DNA of 64,000 nt from assembly GCA_963740355.1 (NCBI GenBank), contig CAVUDW010000003.1, positions 32,001-96,000 of the forward strand, read 5' to 3'. The first letter of the stretch is position 1; each line of letters opens with the position of its first letter. This document shows positions 10,569-19,848 of the stretch, piece after piece. This DNA is from an uncultured Gemmatimonadaceae bacterium (GTDB lineage Bacteria > Gemmatimonadota > Gemmatimonadetes > Gemmatimonadales > Gemmatimonadaceae). Below the pieces are notes generated by a model. The model saw only the letters and a list, made by a program, of their open reading frames with translations. It was not told where the DNA came from and did not search any database. Made by a program: the position numbers and the translations under genes.

Positions 10569-11738
10569 CTAGTGCGTGAGCGCCCAGTGGAATGCATCGC
10601 CAACCGCCGCAATGTCGGCCGGTGACATGGCGCACATCGGGAATTGATACGGGCCGCGCTTCGCGAGCACCCCCGCCTGGCGCAGCAACGCGAGCTTGCG
10701 ATCCATCGTCTCGTCGTCAGGCCATCGGATGATGAACATCGTGTCGTCACCCGTCGTGTGCAGGTGCGAGCCCGCTTGCGCCACCGCCTGTGCGATCGCC
10801 TCGCGCAGTGCGCGTCCGGTCGCGCGAAGCTCCGCGCACACGTCGCGCACGTCGTGCTGATCGAGGACGGCGTGTGACGCCGCGATCGCCGTGAGCTCGG
10901 TGGCGAGCGTACTCGAGATCCAAGTGCGGTTGGCAGCCGCCATGACCTCCGCCTTTCCAACCGCCGCAGCCAGCGGATAACCGTTGGCCATGGCCTTTCC
11001 GATCGCCGCCAGGTCTGGCGTCACGCCAAGCACGGCTTGCGCGCCACCGCGATGGAGCCGGAAGCCGGTCTTCACTTCGTCGAAGATCAGGACCGCGCCG
11101 ACACGATCACAAAACGCGCGCAGCTCATGCAGCCATTCCGCCTGCGCGAGTTCCTCCACCAGCGGCTCCACCATGATTGCCGCAACCGTGTCGCCCGACT
11201 CGGCGAGCGCGGTGCGCCAGGCCTCCATGTCATTGAACGGGAGGTGGGTGTAGTCGGCGTATGCGTTCGGCGGCACACCGAGCGAGGGCGCCCACCAGTC
11301 GAGCCACCCGAAATAGCCACTGCCAAGGATCTTCGTACGCCCGGTGTGTGCGCGTGCGATCCGCGCCACGGCGGCGCAGGCTTCGGCACCGCTCTTTAGG
11401 AAGCGCGCCTGTTCGGCGCATGGGAGGAAGTCGCGCAACCGTTCGGCGAGTGTCACTTCATCGGTGTACGGCAGGCCGGCGACGGGACCACGCTGGGACG
11501 CACGCACCACAGCATCCGTGACCAGTGGATCGGCGTAGCCGAGCGACACTGCGCCAAGCGCACCGGTGAGATCGATCAGCCACGCGCCGTCGGTGGTGCG
11601 CACCCGACACCCACTCGCTTCCGTGATGTGGGTTGGACCGTTCTGCCCGACACCGAACATCGAGTCCGGGCGCTTGCTTCCCGTCGACGTGCCACCGGGA
11701 ATGGCGGCGACGGCGCGTGCGCGCCAATCCGCAGTCAC
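10569..11738 (-). CDS. Class III PLP aminotransferase (GSA-aminomutase-like, not canonical HemL)
   Basis: LIFDEVKTGFR and PDLAAIGKAMANGYPLAA (PLP lysine); N-terminal GGTSTGSKRP. Confidence 0.88.
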   Translation of the reverse strand: MTADWRARAVAAIPGGTSTGSKRPDSMFGVGQNGPTHITEASGCRVRTTDGAWLIDLTGALGAVSLGYADPLVTDAVVRASQRGPVAGLPYTDEVTLAERLRDFLPCAEQARFLKSGAEACAAVARIARAHTGRTKILGSGYFGWLDWWAPSLGVPPNAYADYTHLPFNDMEAWRTALAESGDTVAAIMVEPLVEELAQAEWLHELRAFCDRVGAVLIFDEVKTGFRLHRGGAQAVLGVTPDLAAIGKAMANGYPLAAAVGKAEVMAAANRTWISSTLATELTAIAASHAVLDQHDVRDVCAELRATGRALREAIAQAVAQAGSHLHTTGDDTMFIIRWPDDETMDRKLALLRQAGVLAKRGPYQFPMCAMSPADIAAVGDAFHWALTH

Positions 11739-12580
11739 GCGATGTCCTCGACCGGCGCGGGACCGGGCATGCCGTCCGGGATGCCCGGCACCTCGGAGGA
11801 TGGCGCCTCGTACATCTCACCGGCGAGGGCGGCCTTGAACGAGGCGCGGGTTTCGCGCTCGAGGGTACGCTCGACTTCGATCGCCATCGACTTCACGAGG
11901 TCCATTTCGCGGGTGGCGGGTTCGGCGCGCGCGATCAGCGACCGCACCGCGCGCATCACATGATCGGGATTGCGCGTCTTGAAGAAGTCGAGCAGGTCGA
12001 GCGCACGGTGGATGCGCTGGATCGTGAGCTCGCGGTTGTCGACCGTCGAGGCCGGGCCTTCCTTGCGCCGCCGCGGTGGCATCCGCGTGGCATCACCTGC
12101 GGCGAGGTGCAGCTCGTAGGCGCCGACGAGGATCGCCTGCGCGAGGTTGAGTGACATGTGCTCGGTGGTCGGAATACAGACCACCGCGGTACTCTGGTCG
12201 AGCGCCTCGTTCGGGAGGCCGTGATCCTCGCGCCCGAAGAGCATGGCCACGGGACCATCCATCGCACGTTCCAACGCTACATCGGCCATTTCTCGCGGCG
12301 TGATGACCGGCCACCGCGCCGCACGATGCTTTCCCGCGAAGGCGTACACGGCGACACAATCCTTGATCGCATCGTGCAGCTCATCGACATGCCGCACCTT
12401 GCCCGCGAGGTCGCGCGTGTTGTGCGCGATGCGCTCGATCTTTTCAGGGTCGTAGCGGAATGGGCGGACCAGCACCAGGTCATCGAGCCCCATGTTCTTC
12501 ATCGCACGAACGGTCCCGCCGATGTTCACGGGGTCTTGTGGTTCGTGGAGGACGACACGGATGTTGCGAAGGAGGCTCAC
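11735..12580 (-). CDS. trmJ: SPOUT RNA methyltransferase, TrmJ/LasT family
   Basis: VVLHEPQDPVNIGGTVRAMKNMG, LFGREDHGLPNE, SLNLAQA motifs. Confidence 0.8.
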   Translation of the reverse strand: MSLLRNIRVVLHEPQDPVNIGGTVRAMKNMGLDDLVLVRPFRYDPEKIERIAHNTRDLAGKVRHVDELHDAIKDCVAVYAFAGKHRAARWPVITPREMADVALERAMDGPVAMLFGREDHGLPNEALDQSTAVVCIPTTEHMSLNLAQAILVGAYELHLAAGDATRMPPRRRKEGPASTVDNRELTIQRIHRALDLLDFFKTRNPDHVMRAVRSLIARAEPATREMDLVKSMAIEVERTLERETRASFKAALAGEMYEAPSSEVPGIPDGMPGPAPVEDIA

Positions 12581-15340
12581 GGCTGTGCTGGGTCAAAGGC
12601 GAAGTGCAGGGCGCGATCCGGTGCCTGGCGCGCCCCTCGAAGATAGGCGGATTCGCCGCGCGCGCCGGAGAGGACGAGCTGTCCGCGCCGGCGTTCGCGA
12701 CCGGCCGGGCGATCATTGACGATCACGTCGAGCGCGAGGTCGGGCCACGAGTCGGGCCATGGCACGGTGAAATACACGGAATAGCCATCCGGCGTCCGCT
12801 CCCAGCGTGCCGTCACGCCGTCCACCGCGCCCTCGGCCGCGGTCAGCCGGACCGCGTCACCGTCAGGCACCGCAATCAGGCTATTCCACCGAGAGGTGGT
12901 GGCGGAGCGAAAGTGCAGTTGCACACCGTCGCTGTTGACGTCGGGAAGTTCGTTGTCGAGCGGATTGCTGTCGGCGCGTGCGGCGAAGACCGGCTCACGG
13001 TCAAGCTTGACGAACGCCGCAACGGTGAAGCTCGACTCGCTGCCGACACCGGCCCACAGGCTGACGTCCGCGCTGGGGCGACCCGCGTCCTGCCACGACT
13101 CCTCGGTTGACCGGTAGTGTGATTCGCCGAGTTCCGCGGTCAGGTAGAACGCGGCCGGCAGACGCAGTGGCGCAGGAGCGGCGACCTGCTGTGGGAGGCT
13201 CGTCGGATCATCGGTCGCCTGCGGCCGAGCGCCGCTCAATTCCACGGTGCCAGCGAGCGCGGTGCTCGCGGCGTCGATTGGCGCACCGCGCACGATACGC
13301 CATGCGCCGTCGACGCGTGTGTGTACGCACGGTGCCACATCCTTCGAAAAACCGCGTACCGTGATGGAATCGCCCTCGACCTTGACCGATGCCAGCGGCA
13401 CACTCCACGAGAATACGCGCACACTCCGGCCGCTGGTCCCGCGCTGGCGCAATGCGACGAGGCCATGTGACGCGCCGGCCGGAGGGCCGATGGTTTCAGC
13501 GCGCCACAGCGTAGCTGGCGACTCACTCCAAAGAAAGCAGTAGAAGGCCTGCGCGACATCTGCAGATGACGCGCTGAAAGCAGGCGACGGCAGTGAATCG
13601 AGCAACAGCCCACGCTCATGTCGCGCCGGAAAGATCGTCGATTCCGCGCGCGACAGAAACGCGTCCTGTGATGTGCCAGGCACGAACGCGTCCCACTTTC
13701 CGGCGTGGCCTTCCATCAGGCGCGCTTGCATGGGGACATCGACCGACACGTCGACATCCGACGATCCACCGCACCTCGTCGACGACGTGATCCGGCATCA
13801 CAACGACGGTGCGAACGAAGCGCACCTTGCTGATCGGATCGATGAACTCGGCCGAGACCCATCCGGCATCACCACGCTCGTCGAATGCGAGCAGCGCGCC
13901 GCGAGCAGCACCTTGATCCTGGCCATTCACCATTGGCGCGTTGTGCGCCATCGAGCTGCGGTACCAGGCCAATGTCGGCGAGGTGTAGCTGCCTGTTCCT
14001 ACGTCGTCGAGCAGTCGACGCTGGTCGGTGGCGATGACGAGGTTGAGACGATCAGGATGTCCGTGTCCATCGCCCGGATCGCCGTAGTCCAGGCCGACCC
14101 AGAGATTTCCGGACTCGCGCCGAAAGACGGCAAGCCCCTGCCCTTCGAGCAGCTCGGTGTGCGGCGTCGCGCCTTCCAGGGACGGAAGTTCGAGTCGCGC
14201 CAGCAGGAGTGCGCGCCAACTGCAATCGGCACGGGTCAAGCGGACGCCACGCTGATTGCGCTCGGCGTCGGCGGTCGAACTCCAGCGACCACTGTCCCCC
14301 GCGTCCGGCCACGCGGCATACAGGGACGCCAGCGCGGCTCGCAATTCCGGCGTGTCGCGGCGCGCGAATCCGCACTCGGCCCAATCCGCCGTGCGATACT
14401 GTCGCAGCGCGATCCCGTATTGACTGTCGCGGCGTGCGGGGAACGTGCCGTCGGGGAGCATGGTGCGGAACGGCGCCGCGAATCCGGCCTCGAAACGGGC
14501 CAGAAGTTCGGCTGGCAGCTCAAAGCCGGCGCGCTCAGCGAGGGTCACGGCCGAGAGCAGGCCGCGGTGAGCGAACAGGTGATAGTTCTCCCCTTCGTAC
14601 CAGCTGCCGTCGGTGTGCAGGCCGTCGCGGAGGAGCATGATCAACGAACCGGTCGCCTGTCGCCGCAGTGCGTGATCGTCGAGCAGGCCGGCCGCGGCGA
14701 GCATCGCTGCAACGTGCCAGACCTGCCGATTGCTGCGGCCCTCGTCGAACCCGGCGATCAGCGCGGCACTCGGCGCAATGACGCGCTCGAGTGTCTCGGC
14801 AGCGCGTGCGTCGCAGCCTCCCTTGGCGGAAATCCGGAGATCGAGCGCAGTCGCGAGATGCAGCAGCCAGATCGACTCGAGATAGGTGCTGAAGAATGGC
14901 CGCGTGGGGCCAAGTGCGTTGTCGCGATTGGGCCAGGTGGCGTAACGCGCCGTGTAGATGTCGAGAATTTCATCGGCACGTGTGGCGGCACGCGCATCGT
15001 CGAGCAGGTACGCGAGTGCGGCGGCGCGCGTGGCTTGCTCAGCGGTCCAGAGATGGCCGTTCATGAGCCACCACTGGTGGTGCACCTCCTCCGTGTACAC
15101 GACGCCGCAGCTCGGGCAGGTGTGTGCGTGTGGCTGTCTCGGATCGAACAGCAACAACACGGTGCAGGCGATGCAACGCCCACCGTGGCGAGTGAGTCGA
15201 GACTTGCCATCCGGCATTGGCACGTCGAGCGCGGCATGCAGTTCGCGCTGCAGCGACGTTGCGAGGCCGCCGAGCGCGGTTGGTGACTGCAGCTGCTGCT
15301 TTCGCGCGCGCAGGCGCTCCGCCGACAGGAAGAGGGTCAT
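12577..15340 (-). pseudogene. Heparinase II/III-like (oligo)saccharide lyase split by a single frameshift near 13765 (pseudogene or sequence error)
   Basis: The 574-aa ORF has WYEGENYHLFAH, GHGHPDRLNL, WYRSSMAHN and turns to low-quality sequence after ...DEVRW. Removing one base at 13765 continues in frame (W-SSDVDVSVDVP...) into the 390-aa ORF ending at 12577. Confidence 0.72.
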
Positions 15341-16944
15341 CGGGCCGCGACCGGCGCCAACGTCCAGCGAGCCGCGGAAAACAACTCACCACGCAAGTCG
15401 ATCTCCACGTGCTGCAGTCGCCGCGTGAGCCCTTGCACGCCACGTGAGTGAAAGATCGGCGTGGCCGGGATGCTGTCGGAGAGAATCGTGAGCACGTCGC
15501 GCCAGGCGAGCGTCCTGGCACTGGTATCGGTGGTGGTGCGGAGGTGCGCGAAGGCCGGCGCGAGGTTGGCCGGGCGGGCCGCGCCGAGATCGAGAGCTCC
15601 GCCAGCGGCGGCCGGATCGAAGAGTGCGGCGAGTTGGCTGCGTGCGGGATCGCCGGCGACGCCGGTGTAGATCGCGCAGTGCCCGGCTGCACGAGTGCGG
15701 GCGCTATTGAGCAGTGCGCCCATGTCCCGGGTTGCGATGCGCAACGTGATGCCACGCGCACGCAGGTCGGACTGCAGCAGCTGTTCGACCGGGTTGTCGC
15801 CCGCGCCTACACTGAGCATGTCCAGCTCGAGCACCGCGCCGGCTCGGGCGCGTCGGCCGTCAGTACCACGGCGCCACCCTGCCGCATCGAGCAGTGAGTC
15901 AGCGCGACCGACCTGCGCAGCCGTGGTATCGTGCGCGAGGTCGGCGGCCAGCGCCGCACTCGGCACACCGAAGCCACCGACGCCCGCGTCGACGATACGC
16001 CGACGATCGACCGCCAACGCGATCGCCCGGCGCACGCGCACATCCTGCACCGCCGTACAGGTCGGGTTGAACACCAGCCAGTTGGTGAAGAAGCCGGGAT
16101 AGTCGAGCACGCGGAGCGTGGGATCGCGGCGAACGAGGGTCGCGGTGGCGGGATTGACCCCGGCAATATCGAGAGCGCCGCTGACCAGGCCGGCCACCTT
16201 GGTCGTGGCTTCATCGACGATTGCAATCACCAGTGTCCTGGTGGCGGCAACCCCGCCCATGCGCGCGGGAAATGCGGTGACGCGTTCGAGGATCCACCTG
16301 CGACCCGCCTCGCGCGCGACGACGCGGTATGGCCCGGAGCCGATCGGCGCAAAGGTGAATGGCTGCTTTCGGAGCGCATTGGGCTGCACATGCTGCAACA
16401 GATGTTCGGGCAACAGCGGCAATTCGGCCAACACCAGCGGTACCTCTGCCTGTGCGCGCACGAAATGAAGTTCGAGTGTGTCGGAGCTGCGGGTCCAAAG
16501 GCTGTCGATGGATTCCAGGTCACCGCGGCGCGCGTAGCCAGTGGATGGGTCGCGGGCGAGCCGGAGTGTGAAGCTCGCATCGGCAGCAGTTAGCCGTGCA
16601 CCGTCGTGCCAGCGAAGTGCGGTGTCGATGACGAAGGTGAGGCGCGTACGATCGCGGTTCCACGACCAGGCCCGCGCTGCCCAGGGCTCGGGCAGCAGCG
16701 ACGAGGAGAGGCGGACCAGCGGTGTGAACACGAGATACCGCTGTACCTGTCGCGAGAGCGGGTGCACCGTAGTCAGTGGTTGCATGCCTTCGAGATCGGT
16801 GCCTGACGCAATCACGATGGTATCGGGCGACCGCGGGGCACCAGCGCATGCACTGAGTGAGGCAGCCAATGCAACCGCGGAGAAGCCGCGTGCAGAGAAA
16901 ACCGTCGCCAGCCGGTTGGCGGCGGTGCGCGCGCGGGCGATCAT
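15337..16944 (-). CDS. Peptide/nickel-family (SBP family 5) ABC substrate-binding lipoprotein
   Basis: Lipobox LSAC, LRWHDG..LTAADA.FT, PIGSGPYRV, DVRVRRAIALAVDR. Start uncertain; the long N-terminal extension in the ORF track is antisense to the permease. Confidence 0.85.
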   Translation of the reverse strand: MIARARTAANRLATVFSARGFSAVALAASLSACAGAPRSPDTIVIASGTDLEGMQPLTTVHPLSRQVQRYLVFTPLVRLSSSLLPEPWAARAWSWNRDRTRLTFVIDTALRWHDGARLTAADASFTLRLARDPSTGYARRGDLESIDSLWTRSSDTLELHFVRAQAEVPLVLAELPLLPEHLLQHVQPNALRKQPFTFAPIGSGPYRVVAREAGRRWILERVTAFPARMGGVAATRTLVIAIVDEATTKVAGLVSGALDIAGVNPATATLVRRDPTLRVLDYPGFFTNWLVFNPTCTAVQDVRVRRAIALAVDRRRIVDAGVGGFGVPSAALAADLAHDTTAAQVGRADSLLDAAGWRRGTDGRRARAGAVLELDMLSVGAGDNPVEQLLQSDLRARGITLRIATRDMGALLNSARTRAAGHCAIYTGVAGDPARSQLAALFDPAAAGGALDLGAARPANLAPAFAHLRTTTDTSARTLAWRDVLTILSDSIPATPIFHSRGVQGLTRRLQHVEIDLRGELFSAARWTLAPVAAR

Positions 16945-16950
16945 TGGGGC

Positions 16951-17931
16951 GTGGCTCACCTGCTCCGCCGCTCCGGCACCGCGCTCGCACTGCTTTGGCT
17001 GGTCTGCACGCTGACGTTTGCGCTGGTGCACTCGGCTCCGGGTGATGCGGCGCTGTTGTTGCTGCCGCCGGAAGCGGACGCCGCAACGCTGACGCGGCTC
17101 CGCGCCGAGCTTGGCCTCGATGCCCCGCTGGCGCAGCAGTACGTTCGCTGGTTGGGAAATATCGCTCGGGGTGACCTCGGGACCAGCCTCGCGACCGGGC
17201 GACCGGTGTCGGAAAGTGTGGCGGAGGCGCTGCCAGTCTCGATCGGGCTGGGTGCGGCATCGCTGTTCTTGACAGTATTGATCGGGACGGCGGTCGGCAG
17301 CGTGCAGGCGCGCCGCGCCGGCAGCGCCGCCGACAGCTGGCTGACGGTGTTGTCGACCACCGTATACTCGGCGCCGACCTTCTGGCTTTCGCTGGCCTTC
17401 GTTGCAGCGGTGACAGTTGGCGCGGCCGCATTCGGCGTTCCGCCGGCGTGGCGATTGCCGGCCTTCGCGTTGCGAGATCCTGGGGTGTTGGATGCGGCGG
17501 CCGCGCCGATCGACATCATCCGCCACGCGGTCCTGCCGGTGCTGGTGTTGGCACTCACGGGTGCGGCGGGCGTGGCGCGGTTCGCGCGCTCCGCGATCGT
17601 CGAGGCATCTCGAGGTGACTATCGACGGACAGCGATCGCCAAGGGTGTGACGGCGACTCGCGCCTGGTACCATCACGTCGTGCGGATCGCGTTGCCGTCG
17701 GTCGCGGCGCTGGTCGCGCTCTCGGTGCCAGGCATCGTGGCGGGATCGGTATTCGTGGAAGGGGTGTTCGCGTGGCCCGGCATGGGAAAGCTGCTGCTGA
17801 CGGCCGTGGCACAGCGCGATCATCCGGTGATCCTTGCCGTCACGCTGCTGTACGCGACTGTGGTGATCGTGACGAACCTGCTCACCGATTCGATCCTTCC
17901 ACTGCTGGACCCGCGGCGGACACGCGCATGA
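16951..17931 (+). CDS. ABC transporter permease (DppB/OppB family)
   Basis: APGD..., LGLDAPL..QY.RWL...GDLGTS, EAA-like loop YRRTAIAKG, VEGVFAWPGMG, LDPR. Confidence 0.9.
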   Translation: MAHLLRRSGTALALLWLVCTLTFALVHSAPGDAALLLLPPEADAATLTRLRAELGLDAPLAQQYVRWLGNIARGDLGTSLATGRPVSESVAEALPVSIGLGAASLFLTVLIGTAVGSVQARRAGSAADSWLTVLSTTVYSAPTFWLSLAFVAAVTVGAAAFGVPPAWRLPAFALRDPGVLDAAAAPIDIIRHAVLPVLVLALTGAAGVARFARSAIVEASRGDYRRTAIAKGVTATRAWYHHVVRIALPSVAALVALSVPGIVAGSVFVEGVFAWPGMGKLLLTAVAQRDHPVILAVTLLYATVVIVTNLLTDSILPLLDPRRTRA

Positions 17932-18800
17932 TGCGTCACGCACCGCGTCGTGTGCAGGTCTCGGCCGTGATGCTTCTCGGCGTGGTGCTGGCCTGCGTGA
18001 TCGGGCCGGCAATCCTGCAGCGCGACCCGACAGCCATCGGTGATGTGCTGGCGCAACGATTCAGCGGACCATTGCGCGCGGACGGCTCAGGGATCTGGCA
18101 CCTGTTCGGCACCGACGCATTCGGGCGCGACGTGCTGGCGCGACTACTGCTGGCAGGGCGGCTCTCGCTGCTGGTGGGTGTTGCGGGCGCGCTGCTGAGT
18201 GGCGTGTTGGGCGCGGGCCTTGGCGCCGTGGCAGGGTGGCATGCCGGGTGGCTGGATCGGGTGATCACGGCGGCATCTGACACCTTGCAGTCGATTCCGC
18301 GCCTGGTACTGCTTCTGGCGTGCGCGGCGCTCTGGCGGCCAGGCATCCCGACGCTGCTGACGGTCCTGGCGTTGACGGGATGGATGGGTGTGGCGCGGTT
18401 GGTGCGCGCCGAGGTGACGGGGCTGGTGGAACGCGACTTCGTGGCGGCCGCGCGAGTGTTGGGAGCATCGCAGGCACGGATGCTGGCGCGGCATGTGATC
18501 CCGAATGCGATCGCCCCTGCACTGGTGGCGACGACACTAGGTATCGGGAACGCGATCCTGCTGGAAAGCGGCTTGAGCTTTCTTGGACTGGGAGTACAAC
18601 CGCCGGCGCCGAGTTGGGGTAACATGATTGCGGGCGGCCGCGAGCATCTGGTGACCGCGCCCTGGATCGCGCTCGCCCCGGGCCTGGCGGTGGTGCTGAC
18701 GGTGACCGCCGCCACGCTGATTGGTGATTGGCTGCAGGAACGTGCGTCGGGCCACACCGGACTGACGCCACCGGTCCCCCGTGCTACCGTTCAGTCATGA
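17928..18800 (+). CDS. ABC transporter permease (DppC/OppC family)
   Basis: HLFGTDAFGRDV, DFVAAARVLGAS, ESGLSFLGLGVQPPAPSWGNMI; ATGA overlap with the upstream permease. Confidence 0.92.
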   Translation: MMRHAPRRVQVSAVMLLGVVLACVIGPAILQRDPTAIGDVLAQRFSGPLRADGSGIWHLFGTDAFGRDVLARLLLAGRLSLLVGVAGALLSGVLGAGLGAVAGWHAGWLDRVITAASDTLQSIPRLVLLLACAALWRPGIPTLLTVLALTGWMGVARLVRAEVTGLVERDFVAAARVLGASQARMLARHVIPNAIAPALVATTLGIGNAILLESGLSFLGLGVQPPAPSWGNMIAGGREHLVTAPWIALAPGLAVVLTVTAATLIGDWLQERASGHTGLTPPVPRATVQS

Positions 18801-19258
18801 TCGAGAGCGCATGGACTTTCCTGGTCTCTCTGCTGCCGTGGCATTCGACCTTCGATGCCGGGGCGCTGGTGTTCGTGCTGGCCTACATGGCGGCGCAGGC
18901 GATGTTTTGCGTCTCGCTGCGCCGGCTGGCAATGGCAATCCCCTGTTCGCAGCGGATGTGCAATCCGCTGGGGTTATGGGTGCTGGTGCTCCCTGGCCTG
19001 GGTGCGCTGGCCAGTTTCGGCGTCCTGCGCCACATCTTCGACACGGCCACGGTCGCGACCGAAGCGCATCATGTCCCGCCGCCACGTGGTGCAGCGCGCA
19101 CCTTCGCGATGATCTACGGCGCGAGCCGGTTCCTGATCCTTGTGCCGGGCATGCTGATTCCCGCATTGCTCGTGCAGTCGGTGGCGGCCACTGGCTTCCT
19201 GCTCCGGCTGACCAACGTCGCACGATCGCTGCGGACACCGGACGTTGCGGTCGCGTAG
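18797..19258 (+). CDS. Hypothetical membrane protein
   Basis: About 153 aa with 3-4 hydrophobic segments; ATGA overlap with the permease. Confidence 0.65.
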   Translation: MIESAWTFLVSLLPWHSTFDAGALVFVLAYMAAQAMFCVSLRRLAMAIPCSQRMCNPLGLWVLVLPGLGALASFGVLRHIFDTATVATEAHHVPPPRGAARTFAMIYGASRFLILVPGMLIPALLVQSVAATGFLLRLTNVARSLRTPDVAVA

Positions 19259-19296
19259 GGATTGCTGCGGCGACTTGGCATCGCTGAAACTGCACT

Positions 19297-19848
19297 AACG
19301 CAGAACTGAACAGCCGCAGAACTGAACAGCCGCAGAAGTGCAACTGCGAAGTTATTTATCGCAAAACAGCACGCGTGGGTACGACAACAGCCGCAAGAGG
19401 GCAACGTCCGAAAAACTGCGTGCGCGCGCGCCGCGCTTCGGGCGCGGGCCGCGCATGATGGTTCACACGTTCAGGCGCGTGCCGCGCAGGACGGTCCACA
19501 CCTTCGGGCGCGGGCCGCGCAGGACGGTTCACACCTTTGGGCGCGTGCCGCGCAGGACGGTTCACACCTTTGGGCGCGTGCCGCGCAGGACGGTCCACAC
19601 CTTTGGGCGCGTGCCGCGCAGGACGGTCCACACTTCCTCACGCGGAGACGCGGTGGACGCGGAGCCGCGGGGAACAGCACGCGACGCCTACGGCGGCGAG
19701 GGATATGGAGAGGCTTGCGCTCAGGAACCAGAGGGGAGAACAAGGGAATGACGATTCTCGCGCGCCCGAGACAAATACCTCAAGCCGTTTGCTGTTGCTC
19801 GTGGCCCTTCTGCGGCTGTTTCGTTCTGCGGCTGTTCACTTCTGCGTT
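19297..19848. repeat. 42-bp inverted repeat pair (19297-19338 / 19807-19848) built from 16-bp AACAGCCGCAGAA-type units
   Basis: Manual alignment gives 39/42 identity between the left arm and the reverse complement of the right arm. Confidence 0.85.
19437..19634. repeat. Tandem array of six 33-bp units
   Basis: Consensus TTYGGGCGCGKGCCGCGCAGGACGGTYCACACC repeated six times head-to-tail with only point differences. Confidence 0.95.

Noticed and set aside
10569..11738. hemL assignment
   Set aside because: Lacks the HemL GGVNSPVRA N-terminal motif and has no tetrapyrrole gene context.
16945..18012. Long N-terminal extension of the 891-aa binding-protein ORF
   Set aside because: It is the antisense shadow of the permease gene; the lipoprotein signal begins near 16944.
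19437..19634. CRISPR or TIGR-like guide array
   Set aside because: Units are contiguous and differ only by point changes. There are no unique spacers and no cas or Nop-domain gene nearby.
19338..19751. 137-aa repeat-containing ORF as a real gene
   Set aside because: Openness is explained by the 33-bp GC-rich repeat; several frames are open and there is no RBS or recognisable domain. Kept only as a possibility in findings.
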